Positions 50,740-63,292 of a DNA stretch of 64,000 nucleotides are shown here, one piece after another. The notes under the pieces are model-generated. The model searched no databases, was not told the DNA's origin, and was given only the letters and a program-made list of their open reading frames with translations. This DNA is from Macrostomum lignano (lineage: Eukaryota). The DNA is taken from positions 62,001 through 126,000 of the forward strand of contig NIVC01002559.1 in NCBI GenBank assembly GCA_002269645.1, written 5' to 3'. How positions within the stretch are numbered: position 1 is the stretch's first letter; the number at the start of each line of letters is the position of its first letter. A program made the translations under genes and the position numbers.

Positions 50740-52328
50740 TTGTCTCTCGCTGTCCCTCTCTTAGCTATAGGACGCCTAGACTGCTCGCCACAGATCAAGC
50801 TACCATGGGGCTGACCATCTGACAGGAGTGGGGGGCCAGGACTCTAATGGATTCATTTCTGAGACCTGAGGCCCGAAGGGTTCCCGACAGGGGCCGAAAA
50901 CGCCGAAACCCATCACTTTGATTAATATATCCGGATTCTTGTGTACATGTACCTTTGAACTGAAATACTTTTATAGTGTGGGTTTCGGCTCTCTATCGGA
51001 TCTGCCTCCGAATATTCTAAGATTAGGCAAAAAGCGGCAAGTCCGACTCAATGTTTTCCTGCGGTGTTATTCCTTCTCTTTGGATGTTATATTTCGATCT
51101 ACTTCACCGGTGATGTTCACACAAAATACAAATGATGTAATTGCTTCCTAAATACGAAGTTGTGAAGCAGTCAAGAACAGAATGTATAACGATACTTATC
51201 GGTACTTTCGGCTGATCGGGTATCCGAGGCTAATGCCTGTATTTGTTCGTCGATCGGGTGCGGACTGTAGATTTAGTTGTCTTTATTTTATCGATATCTT
51301 TGGTTTCTATGCTAGTGAGTCGGAAGTAGAAGAAAAGGACAATGGGTCTGCGAGATTGCGAGGGGGCGAGGGTCTAAGGACTGCTTCGTACTTTCGTGCA
51401 TTAAAATACAGCGCGATGTTAGGCTGCTATTGGTAGCCTGCGTTTAGCGAATCAGCAGATGGAAGTGCATAGATGGAGTTTTGTACTAAACGCATACGGT
51501 GGAAATGGCTACATTTCATAACCATTAATTTTACATCCAGTCTAAAGACTTTAAGCTAAAGCTAGGTTAGCCTTTACCCTAATCCAGTACACTATCACGC
51601 AAATTTTTTGCTTTCCTATCTAACTTTCCTAGCATTTTAGCATTTAATAAGTTTAGAGCCATATATAAATTAAGCTGCCTTATTACATGTAACTCTATGT
51701 TAGCTGAAGAAATGTGAATATGTTTGCCCAAATGACAAAAGCAGAACGCGAACGGACAAAAAACTCAATTTAGGAGAGCGCGAACCATGCAGAGTTTGCA
51801 TAATTAGTTTTGGCTTATACCTACCAATACGTACAATATGACTACCATAATGTACGTAGTAGAATGCTAATCTTCCCTGCGCACAAGAATCCGTCCTTTT
51901 AGTGGCGTCGTCTCCGGGGGAAACAGGGGGCCATGTCCCCCAGTAAAAGCCATGAGGGACATGCCAATGTTTTGTCCCCAACGCTTCACCTTGTGACCCG
52001 TTATATTTCCATATGGAAATCAATGATTTTGCTTTTGAGGGCGCCAAAATGGGTACCTATAGCGCCAAAATGAGTGCTAACAATAACAACAACCATTCCC
52101 AAAATAATTTAGGAATTTAGTCCTCTTAGCTGCTTTGTCCCTACCATAAAATCCATGTCGATGCACTGCGTCTGATGGGTTTCGGCCTTTTAGGCTTCTT
52201 GGAAAGCCTCCGGGCCTCAGGTCTCAGAAATGAATCAATTAGAGTCCTGGCCCCCACTCCGATCAGATGGTCAGCCCCACGGTAGCAGTCTAGGTCCTAT
52301 AGCTAAGAGAGGGACAGCGAGAGACAAG
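50740..52328. mobile_element. Nested element with about 175-bp inverted repeats
   Basis: TTGTCTCTCGCTGTCCCTCTCTTAGCTATAGGAC (50740) versus GTCCTATAGCTAAGAGAGGGACAGCGAGAGACAA (about 52295-52328), continuing to GAAACCCATCA / TGATGGGTTTC. Confidence 0.75.
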
Positions 52329-53424
52329 CAGGGAGAATTTTGAAGGTAGAGATTAGCCAATCCGCAGATCAACTAACCCGCTGACACCAGCCCGTGTGTT
52401 CTGGCTCACCAAACCGGAACTTTCGAAATCGGGCTTCCAACTAGAAGGGGCTTAGCACTTTATACCTGCCAACTAGTGTCTTTTTGCTGTCAATCTCGAA
52501 GTCATAGCATATGTTAAGGGACACTGCTGGGACTTGATCGCATTGGCCATGCAGGTACAGGGGGACTTGTGCAGGGGATTCTTGCGGTGGTGAGCCTATG
52601 GGGTAGCTACATGTACTATTACATTGCTAAATACGAAAGGTTGTACTTTTGGCCTTAACGTGCTAACCAGCCCCACGTAGCGCTGATGATAAACTAACTC
52701 GAACTTTGGAGACCGCATGATTCATTACCTGAGCCGCTTGGCGAACCTAGAGTGCACAAAGTACATCTCTAGCGCCGATTTTGCACTATTGGCAATTTCG
52801 CTAACTGATTTGATAGATTGATCGATTGAGAATCGCCTTGCCATTGGTTCACTGTAACCGGCGCCTACTAGCTTAGCTACTCATCTGAGCCATCGGCGAA
52901 TAAAGAAGTAACACCGATAAAAATAACTGACAGATTTAACCTTCTCACTGAATTACTTCACACCTGTGGTTGAATCAGAGTGATTAGATTACTAACAGTA
53001 TTATTGAATGATTTCTGCCTCAATAACAGCACTATTGAACAAAAATGAGCAAAAGTGTACGCCTAGTCCAGCTACTGAAACAGGGGACAGATAAGGAATC
53101 ACCCGATCAAGCAAGTCTAGGCAGCTTCTCACCCAACCAATCAGAAACTCAACAGCCGGAGACCAGGTAATCCACAGTGACCGAATCGGCCTAGTGCTTC
53201 GCAGCTGTAGGCCCGGGATGATGATGTCACAGTCTTCGCAGATAGCTAGCACGTGATGATCTTAAGCTCGTCGATTGATGCCGTTGACCGGGGGATTCGT
53301 CCTTGATGATGAAGGGGGTTGTCGTAATCCGGGGATCAATTGAGACGACGGTCGTGACTCTGGAGTAGGTCGAGTCCCATACGTGGGGTAGGCCGGTTGA
53401 GTCCGAGCGGACCAAAAACATCAG

Positions 53425-53530
53425 TTTATATAGCCGCCAACTGGACTGCAATTTGTTGAAATGGAACACCTCGAAGCTGATTGGCTGAGCCGATTTGTTA
53501 TAACTGACGTCGAATTTTCTGATTGGCTGA
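53425..53530 (-). promoter_or_regulatory. Inward-facing Pol II-like promoter: two CCAAT boxes, a CRE-like site and a TATA box
   Basis: On the minus strand: AGCCAATC at 53521-53528 and 53479-53486, GACGTCA at 53505-53511, CTATATAAA at 53425-53433. Confidence 0.55.
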
Positions 53531-54167
53531 GCTTGTTGCCACCCAAACTCACGTGACCAAAAGATCCTATCAGTTCCCTCGGGGCCATAAAAATATGCCA
53601 GGTGTTGTCATAAATCACTCAAAATCGCTACATTATGATTTATGACCTTTCGCGTAGGAATTACAAAAATTAATGAAAAATCCCATATACTAAAATATGC
53701 ACTAGAAAGGTCTCAATAAGTAGAAAGTGAAGATGGCGATAATCGCTTATCCCAAAGTACTTTTAGGGGTAAAACGCATAGCTGTCAGAGCTGTCAAACG
53801 CTTGAGTCAACAAGAACAATAGGCCCTGACCTCATAAATCTCATGGCCTGTCAAAAAAATGAGAAAAAAGCTAACGCCCGCATCCTCTCAGACCATATGG
53901 CGCAGCCTCAACACTGAGTGAGGCGCAGGTGGCTGTCAGACACGCTCACAAGCAATGATTTATGACCCCAAAGGTAGCGAAAACCGCGCCTATGTTATAA
54001 TAACTACAAGTATGGCAAAGCATATAGCTAATATTACAATTTTAGTTAATATTAAATTACATAAAAGGAAAAAATGCCCATAGGCTGCTCTTAGTAGGCT
54101 GACTTTTGTAACCCGTGTGCGAGCATGAGGTTTGGAAAAAAAGTGTGTCCTCATCACGTCTTATAAT

Positions 54168-54944
54168 ATGAGTATAGCTTTTTGCAGCCCAATTGGGCTT
54201 ACGCGCATTTAATTTAATCCAAGATACGTTTGCCAATGTAATGGAGCTTATTGTCTATGGTAGCAAGGCTGGCACAGCGGCATTTGATTTAGTCCAACAA
54301 GCATCAATTTGGTCCATAGCTTTATTTGCAACTGTTGCGGAGGAGCTAGATCAGCCCCAGAGTTGTGGACCATGCTAGGTTGTGGAACGAATGCCACTGG
54401 CTTGTGATCAAAGCACTCAACAGAGGTGAACACCCAAAGGACATTGCAAGGTTGCTGAATATAGAAGAAAGATGATTTACAGCATCCATCAGCGTGTTGA
54501 AACCACTTCTGGCATAGGTCGCCTGTGAAAGGTGGCAATCGCCAAGGCAAGTTGCTAGAGACTCAGGTCTAACTGCTACTCAATGCAATTGAGACGAACC
54601 CTAACCCTTTTTGACGTTGCAGAAAATGCAGCAGCAGTTGAAGGAACCGTTCTAGTTGGTTATCAGATTTTGACTATCAGCAGAGCTCTGGAAAAGCGAC
54701 TGAAATTGCTGGTACAGACGCTGACATTCCAGCGGTGCGCAACAATCCTTAGGCGGTTGCGAGAAGGCAAGAGTTTGCCATTGGCTCACAAGCATTTGGA
54801 CCAAATTGATGCTTGTTGGACTAAATCAAATGCCGCTGTGCCAGCCTTTCTACCATAGACAAAAGCTCCATTACATTGGCAAACCTATCTTGGATTAAAT
54901 TAAATGCGCGTAAGCCCAAATAAGCTGCAAAAAGCTATATTCAT
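54168..54944. mobile_element. Non-autonomous DNA element with about 150-bp near-identical terminal inverted repeats
   Basis: 54170-54320 is the reverse complement of 54790-54942; possible TA duplication. Confidence 0.8.
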
Positions 54945-56476
54945 ACAATCATACTCATGCGTAGCTAGGGGTCATATGTGTAGATAATCGTTAAAAGCTG
55001 TTGTGTACATGTAGATCATCAAATGCAATATTTTTAGTTGCTTTAATACATTTACGAGCGCACATAATATGCATACTGCTGGCATATACAGTACAGTACC
55101 ACGAATATTAAACTATATCTACCTACCTCGGCATATAGCCTACCTCGAGCTCGGTCCACCAATCAACTGGGTCCCGTCCGGCCTTCGCAAAGGCGCATCC
55201 AGAGCCCATTGCATTGAATCCCATTAAAGTACCAACTTACATTTACATTACGCTAGGGTGAAATCGGCGGCTGCTGATCTGGATCGTTGACTCAATCAAA
55301 TTAATTAAATGAACCGCTACACAAAAAAGTCTTCCGCCATATTCGTCACATGCTGATCAGGATATTCCTAACGCAATGAAACTTCGTACATAAAGAGCAA
55401 CGTATAAAGCAACAAAGTAAAGGCAACTTCAGTGACAGCGTATATGTTATGTTAGTTGCCAACCAATTTTAGCTATTACTGACTGCTGTATAAATGGATA
55501 GACATTCTGCGGTGTCTCTGAAAGCCGCCATGTGGAATGAGGTTATTTAAAGATTGCAAACTTGTTATTCAAAAATATTCATTTCTCTAAAAAGTAAAGA
55601 AGCGTTCCTCTTGCGCTGCCATCTTCATGACATTCTGCAATAATTAGTACAAGATGTAGTATGCAATTACCTCCTTAGTGCAATTAGCTTTTCGTGTTCC
55701 TCTTTGCCCCTTTGGCTCCCGGGCTTGATCAGGAATCTAGCCGTAGCATCCTGCTCCGATGGAAGCACCGCCATTATGTGGAAGTCAGGAAAGGCCACCC
55801 AGAACTGTCAGCTGTGTGCTGATCTTGGAAGTTGTTCAAGCCGCTGGCCTCTTTGTGTGCACTCACTTCTGACAATCTCTGTTGCCGCATGAGAGAGCAT
55901 GTGGAGTAACTGCGATCAGCCTTCAGCCCCGGGCAGCCTTCGACAGGAGACTCTGAGCAGGGTGACGAGTCCTTTTGGGCATTAACATCGCCGAGAGGAA
56001 TTTGCGCCAATTTCGCATCTCGAAGTCGGTGGTGTCAGGAACGCTACTCATAGTAAAGCCGGCAGATAATTTAGAGAGCTCATTCAGTTAGATGCTACAA
56101 CGTTGTTAATAAAATAACTAAAATATTTCATTGGAGTTGAAAACAAAACAGACAGTAAGTCTGGGGTCTGGGGGAAGGCAATTAGGAGGGGTGGAGTGCG
56201 CGACTGAGGAAGCAGGCGAGATTTAAGAGCCAATCAGGAAGGCAGAGAGGAAGAGAGATTGGACAGAGAGGGAAAGAAAACAGAGTAAACAGACACAAGC
56301 GCAGATGAACTGAAGAAATGACTAAGAAGGTCGCGATACGATCGATATACATGTCATCTTTTAGCCTGGATTGCAAGGTCTTTAGCAGGGCTCTAGGCTG
56401 CACGAAACTGCAGTGATCTTGACCTCAGACCGCGGCGCCAGCCGTCTTCTGCTGCCTCTTGCAGACGACACTTCCA

Positions 56477-56569
56477 TGGAGTGTCCAACTTCAACTTCAC
56501 GCTGATCGTAGTAGCTCGGAACCTGTGCGTCATGCACCGAGTTGTGTACCAGGGAGGCATTTTACGGAC
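56477..56569 (+). pseudogene. Isolated duplicated fragment (TM3/ICL2) of the GPCR at 60070-61074
   Basis: TGGAGTGTCCAACTTCA(A/G)CTTCAC..GTAGCTCGGAACCTGTGCGTCATGCACCGAGT matches 60417-60507; frameshifted at the 3' end. Confidence 0.8.
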
Positions 56570-57872
56570 TGCGGAAATCAGATGCGCATGCTGTGTGACG
56601 CCAAATTCGCGCCAACCTCCCAAAAACCTTTGTCGAAACGGTATGAGGAGTAGCTAGAACCGGTTCTACTTTGTCTGATATTCGATCACAAAACGAGCGT
56701 TCCTAACGGGAAGCAAATTTAGCTGCAGTAATGTAGCCATAAATGTAAATGATTATTTACAATTCTACTGGATTTTACGATTAGGTTCAAGAATAGCATT
56801 TCTTCTAATAAGGATTTTCGACCTTGCGTGACGTGTTTTCTCGATCTGCAATGAAGCGAAGCATGTTTTATTGCGATAATTGTATATAAAACATTGCCAT
56901 TTTTCGTCAAAAAATATCCTCATTAGTGCTCACGGATTTTTTTCGCTTCCTGGGCAAGCAACGGTGCTGCAATTATCCACTAATGGGAACACGTCCTCTA
57001 AATATTTTGCAAAAATCTTCGAGAGCAAATAAAATGGAAGTCAATTGAGAACTGCGTCGTACATGTAGTCTCGAAGTAGGGGCGGGGCAGGGTCCCACAG
57101 AGTAGCCTGGCCTCAATATGCGTGCATTTACCCTGCTTACAGTACTCGTATGTGACTATTATTCATCGTTCACAAGTATATAAATTATCGATCAGCCCAC
57201 TGTGAAGCTTTCATCTCAGCATTTCAGGCCTCTCACTTTAGTCATTACACCCAAGATGTCGCCCCGCTTTGGGAAATACGACTGACTGACGGGTGTTTTG
57301 AAAGCTCTAAAACATTGGAAAGAAATAGGAAATAGAATGAGAAAAAGGATATTTACTTATTGACTGTAAAAGTATCTCATATTTCCGGATCAGATTTTAA
57401 TTACTTTCGACACCCTATTCTCTGTCTAAGATGCAGAGAGCAGCATTTAGAAATCATTATTCAAATTGTTATTACTTTTTCTTTGATATCCATTGCTGCT
57501 CTAAAATCTGATCAGCTAATTGCCTCTTTCGAAGATGCAGGGTATAGGGCTGGAGCAAATTTAGTCTATGTTAGGAATCTAGAATGGATGATCAGAGTAG
57601 AGTTTAAGTTCAGATGCACGAGAATGAAACAGGCTGAGGGACTCGTTCTCGCATTGATAGACTGCGTCTCATTTTGATTCTTCATTTATTGATTCTTCAC
57701 CCCTTTAAGGTCCCTGTCTTGTAGTCTATGGTTAATGTATCCCCCTTTTGCCCCGGGCGAGTGTCTATGTGACGCATGTTTTCATTTATTTCCCTAGGTG
57801 AATAAATCATTTATTTCCCGCTGCCCCGCGGGCTGACAAATTCGAGACAACAACCATAGACAACGAACGGGG

Positions 57873-58652
57873 TGTCACGTTATTTGATGTTGTCCGTGAC
57901 CCTTAAAAGGGCCGTTTTAGTCCCAAATGAATCGAGTCAAGTCTTGATAGCGGATTTGTGTAGCGGAGCACTTGGCACACAAGGCCGGGAACTGGCCGTA
58001 GTTGGTTATTATTGTTGAGATCAATATTCGATGCGGTTAATATCAATATAGAACTTATTGCGCTTTGGGGCACTGGCGGCTGCAACAATGGTTTTGAATT
58101 GAAGGTGAGTTAGAGATTGTAGTCGAGTGGTAGGCGAGTGATGCAAGACGATGCAACGTGGTGAGTAACGGCGATGAGTACAACAGACGGCGATGAGTAC
58201 AACAGACGGCGATGAGTAGTGGTGAGATTGGCGTTAGCCGTGGCAGACAGTGGCAGGCAGTGTAAACAGGCTGGCCCAGACAGAGAGAAGGAAAACAAGG
58301 CCGCGAAGGGACGGCAGAACGAAAGGAAGAAAGACAGAAAGGAAGGAAGTGAAAAACCAGTCCGCCGCCAGACGGGGGGTTTAATAAAGGAGCGCAGAGG
58401 GGGGGTAGCGCGAAGCACGAGTGGTTTTCATTGGCTGGCGAGAGAACTTAAAATTATCGATCGTGCCAATTTTATACGGTCGCGAGAGAGGATAGCAAAA
58501 TATACAGTGAATTAGAAATTGCCACAAAATCGTTGGGCCCTACTATAAGTAAACGTTAAAATAAACTATTGGAGAAATTAATATGAGAAATTACAAGGGA
58601 AAATATAGTCCAGCGGCCCTTTTCGGGACCACCTTAAACTGACAACGTCACA
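57873..58652 (-). mobile_element. Solo LTR (780 bp)
   Basis: TGTCACGTT...AACGTCACA termini, GGGG 4-bp duplication (57869-57872 / 58653-58656), TATAAAA on the minus strand near 58470. Confidence 0.65.
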
Positions 58653-60069
58653 GGGGGATACATATCATATTCCCCACTCATTTAGCTGTCTAGGGCCAAA
58701 AGCACTCTTGCTTTTGCCCGCTAGACAACAAAATAAATGGGGAATATATACCATTTATCCAATTATTCAATTTATTGCTATTTTGGCCGGGCCAAATAAA
58801 TTCGTCAACCAATTAAAAACGTTGCAGAATTTATCTGACCAAATAAATGGCCAAAAATGGCGAAGGAACACGGTACAACGTATCTTTATCCTTCCAAAGA
58901 CTCCAGTTTCGCTATAATACAGCTTGCATATGAAATTGTTTCATAAACAAGAAGTCCTTAAGAGTCGACGCGCAACATCTCTCACCGTCTTTATTCCGCA
59001 CCTGGAGTATAAAGAACTTCAATAAAAAATTGAAGTCCGACTTTGAAATCTCGAGGAACACTTTAAATACCATTAGAGATGCTCTTCCACCTTCCGCGGG
59101 CCTTCTTCTTTTTCTTCTTCTTCTTCGTATTCTCCGGGTACTTGGTCTTCCATATTCTGATCGATCTCTTCCTCCTCCGTAGTCATATTGTGCCTGCTGT
59201 TGCTCATTGCTCTTGACGCTTGCATTCGGCTCCAGGAATAGACTTCGAAAATCTATGGTCAATTTCTACATGAAAATCACATGGAAAATCCATAATTGCC
59301 TAGCAGAGAAAGAATATGGTGTAAAAATTATCGTCTCTCCTTTCTTTCTTGCGTCTAATCCTTGCTTTCCTCTCTAGCTCGTACTATATTCCTTCTTTCT
59401 TCCGGTTTTCTACCATAGACTACAGAATTTTACTCTAAGTCAGTCAAATGAAAGAAAAATAAAGTATCACCCCATGGATTCATTGATTTGGCCTCAAGAG
59501 TGGCTGAGGACTGCATTTACTGGCCAAGGACAAAGTTGATCAAGTTGTCCTTGCCGTCGACCAAATCTATCGGGGTGATACCATATATTTTTTCAGTACT
59601 TATAGTCTATGGCCATGTTTTTCTTAACATCGCCCACGCTGGTTTGTATAGGAAACACATAGAGGCTCTTTTTGTTTGACTTAATTCTGATTTAGATCGT
59701 CGAAAGCGATAATAACAGGGAAGAATTAGTACAATGTACTTCTTTCTGGTACAAATTCCCTAAAATCAGACAATACGGTCGAAAAACAACCCAATAGCCA
59801 TTTGCTAATCTATTAGGATGCTCACAAAAAAACCGCATAGTGATTGGCCCAGCTCTGTAAGATAAAACCAGAGGCAAAAACTATCACGGACTGAGGGACT
59901 CACCGGATACAACTACTAGCTGTAGCTCAGAGTTCCAAACGCTTTGTCAAGAGCTGCTTCTTAAACAGCGAGCCTCTATAGATTCAGCAATTGGGTTGAG
60001 AGGTACTATTAGCCCTAACCTTTCCATGATATCTGAGAAAACATTTAATAATAGTTACCAAGAGAAACT

Positions 60070-61074
60070 ATGCCGCATCAATTGGATGAAAACAGCATCT
60101 GCAACTACAGCTTAACAAATGCCACAGACATCGAGCTAGATGATTCCGATTCTCTAGAGATGAAAATTGTCGACATCGTCTGTCTTATCGCCGGAATGTG
60201 CGTCGGAGTTTGCGGAAACCTGCTCACGATCCTCTCCGTGACGCGATTCAAGCAGCTTAAGTCAGCCACGAACATCCTGGTTGTGAACATCGGCATGGCC
60301 GACCTGCTCGTGTGCTCATACTCAATCCCGACTATACTGGCGAACCGCATCGCTGAGAACAATGTCTTTCACGAAGTCATTTGTCGCGTGAACGCGTACG
60401 CGCTATTCTCAGCCGCTGGAGTGTCCAACTTCAGCTTCACCCTGATCGCAGTAGCTCGGAACCTGTGCGTCATGCACCGAGTCGCGTACCAGAGGCACTT
60501 CACGGACGGCAGGATGATTGCATACTGCGTAGCCTGCTGGGTGTTTTGGTTTCTCGTCAGCGGCTTTTTCTGGTGGCAGAGAGGATTCGGATACATTCCC
60601 GAGGCGTTCATCTGCTTCTACTACGACAATGACTCGCCGTTTGCACTGAGCCTACTGCTCACCTTGCTCGGAGTCGCGGTTCCGTCACTACTGGCCGCCA
60701 GTTGCTACATCAGCCTGTTCTACAAGCTGTTCCGGATTCGCAAGGAGGCTACGAGCTCAATTGGCAATACAGACAATTCTTCTATGAGCAAGGAGTCGAA
60801 GGCTCTTGCTCCAGTGCTGACCGCATTCGTTATTTTCAACTTGTGCTGGGGTCCCTACAGCATTCACGTGTACATTGATAAGTTCATCGACCACGTAGGC
60901 AGAATTCCGCACAAGGTGATGACTTGGCTCGCTGTTTTCAACTCGACGCTGAACCCGATCATCTACGGCGTGCTGAACTCAAACTTTCGGCGCAGCTACG
61001 CGCGACTTATCAAAGCAGCGCTTGTCTGTTGCTCCTTAAAGCGGATAGCGTCCGTGGCACACATTGAGATCTGA
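60070..61074 (+). CDS. Single-exon class A GPCR, melatonin-receptor-like (334 aa)
   Basis: N-glycosylation sites, GNLLTILSV (TM1), MADLLV (TM2), CRVN, IAVARNLCVMH (TM3 end), CWGP (TM6), NSTLNPIIYGVLNSNFRRSY (TM7 and helix 8). Confidence 0.9.
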   Translation: MPHQLDENSICNYSLTNATDIELDDSDSLEMKIVDIVCLIAGMCVGVCGNLLTILSVTRFKQLKSATNILVVNIGMADLLVCSYSIPTILANRIAENNVFHEVICRVNAYALFSAAGVSNFSFTLIAVARNLCVMHRVAYQRHFTDGRMIAYCVACWVFWFLVSGFFWWQRGFGYIPEAFICFYYDNDSPFALSLLLTLLGVAVPSLLAASCYISLFYKLFRIRKEATSSIGNTDNSSMSKESKALAPVLTAFVIFNLCWGPYSIHVYIDKFIDHVGRIPHKVMTWLAVFNSTLNPIIYGVLNSNFRRSYARLIKAALVCCSLKRIASVAHIEI

Positions 61075-62026
61075 GACCAACATGTACTAGCAATGAAAAT
61101 CAGCGTGTGGACTGGCTCTTTACAGACAGACTTTATAGCTAAATACACTTTATTTGTGATAGCTTTGAAAGAAAGCTAAATATTTTATGCTGTGTAATCT
61201 TAGCTCGTAACTATGTGATCTCAAAATGCTCTCAGAAAATGGATAAATTTGCGGTTGGAAAATCCGTTGTCAATTGAGATTTTAACTAACGTTGATTTAT
61301 CAGATAACTTGACTGGAATCTGCCAGGTAAAATGTGCACTTACTCATTTTATGTTGGTAACATAATCTTATGATTACCGATTTCAAATTACCTATCGAAT
61401 TTTGAGATTTTTTTTGTCTCATGAAGTACTTGATGCTTAAAATATTATGGCACTAATCGCATTGAACAGCGGGTCATAGTCAAGAATCATGTTCAGATAC
61501 GACATGCATACAGGCTTAAGGTGCGACTGACAAGGTGTGGAATGTCAGCATGCCTGATTAGGAGAAAGTCGTTTAGCTCGTACTTCATCGGTGTTTTTTC
61601 TTGCACTTTAGGGTCAGCAAAATGGATGGCGGTTTCAGGTTATTTGCATAGAGTTGATTTTTAGTAGGAACGTCCTTGATTGCAATTTATTATTATTAAT
61701 AATTACTACTGACAGAATTTTATTTAAACATTTACAGCTCGCACCCTCGTATAGACCGGTTTCTGTGTAATAACTGAAAATATACCAAATCTGTATCATT
61801 GGCTTATTCATTAAATAAAAATTTAATGTTTTAAGTCCTTTCTTAAATAAAGCGCCTACGGCACTCATTCTCCACCAATGGATGTCCTGATTGGCGCCGC
61901 AATCGAGAGATTTCAACCTCAGAAGTCTAGTAGTCTGTTGCTCTTAGTTGCTCTACAGCAATCGCAAAAAATTCTTAAACAAAATTGTAAGCACATGTGG
62001 ATGCAGGTGTTGAATTTCATTTAAAC

Positions 62027-63292
62027 TCATTGGTTTTTGACAGCGCTTTTTAAAGTTGAAGGCCCGTTGAGGACGACTAGCCCTGAATTCACATTGTATA
62101 AAAGACTTCTAGATCGGTTCCTAGTTTCTAAGTAACTAAAGTGTCGCTCGGACATTGCTATCAAAGTCGAATCAGTTGCTGGTCGACGTTGTTGCAGAGC
62201 TCTTCGCGCTGACAGGCAGAAGCAGCGGCAGCAGCAGACTGTCAAGCAATTAATCAGCTCATTGCGAAACTTTTCACCAGCAAACAAGCCGATCCAGTTG
62301 AATGCGTGGTACAGGTAAAGCACGGTGTTCAGCACCCTCCAGCGGATATGCAAATCTGCTGGGGCTTCAGCAACCCTGGCAGCGGCCGCCGCAATGCCGG
62401 GGTCCAGCAGCAGGTTGACTGGCCAGGGCAGGATGCTCAGCACGAACAGGAGGTTCATCAGCAGCGGAGTTATTAGCAGACGCACCGCTTGGCGACTTCG
62501 ACTGCTCAAAGCGGTGACGCAGTTGGCGCCAGCAGTGCAGCTCGCTGTCATCGGCAGTCGCTGCCTGAGCCTCCCCTGGTGCCGAACGAGCAGAGCAACG
62601 GTCGCGACTGATCCAGCAGCGAGCAGGAGCGCCGGTAGAGCCACACTGTAGGCCATCTCCATGACGGCCAGCGCCTTCTGCAGGCCGGGGCCACCGCGCA
62701 CCCCGCAGGTCGGCAGCGGGTCCGTCACCCAGACCCGCTGGGCGGCTAGCAGCGCTGGGGCCCAGGCAGCGGCGACCAGAACGCCGATCAGGAGGCCGCG
62801 ACGGCAGCGGCGTCCGCCCAGCAGGCCGCCCAGTTTGGCGCGGGACCGCAGCGGAGCCGCTACGGCCAACAGGCTGTCCAGCGTCAGCGGCACCTGGAAG
62901 AAAGGCGTGCAGGAGTACAGGTAGTAGGAGAAGAACTCGTACAGGACACAGGAGGCTGGACCCCAGAAGCGTGGCGACGTGAACCACAACCAGGGCCGGT
63001 CGGTACCCGAGCGGAAGAAGCCGAAGCAGTGAGTAGCCGCCTTCAGAGACAGGATGATTCAGTTGTGCGCCGTGATGAGCAGCAGATAGTGCCGAGCCAC
63101 GGGTGGGAAGATCTTTCGGATGGCGATGACGACAAAGGCGATGGCGTTAAGGCAGCTGGCGGGCAGGCAGGGCAGCGGGAACAGCCAGATGAAGACGCTC
63201 CACAAAAAAGTGGCCCAACCCGGATCCAGGAACCAGGGCTGAGTCTGGGTGCTCGCATTGGTCGTTGAGTTCGAAATCCGGTCGTAGTCCAT
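62027..63292 (-). pseudogene. Class A GPCR reading frame (421 codons) interrupted by a single in-frame TGA at 63059-63061
   Basis: ORFs 63059-63292 and 62027-62989 are in the same frame, bridged by IILSLKAATHCFGFFRSGTDRPWL. 7TM-like pattern with C-VLYEF, LTLDSLLAVAAP, LSILPW and GEKFRNEL. Confidence 0.65.

Larger units (their letters stand above)
50104..54156. mobile_element. About 4-kb foldback-like element with about 630-bp diverged terminal inverted repeats (50104-50739 / 53530-54156)
   Basis: TGATGAGGAC / GTCCTCATCA ends; e.g. ATGGCCCCGAGGGAACTGATAGGATC versus GATCCTATCAGTTCCCTCGGGGCCAT. No TSD or intact transposase seen. Confidence 0.75.

Noticed and set aside
58912-59262. Acidic/basic short ORFs
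   Set aside because: Derived from a GAA-rich tract among transposon fragments; no domain evidence.
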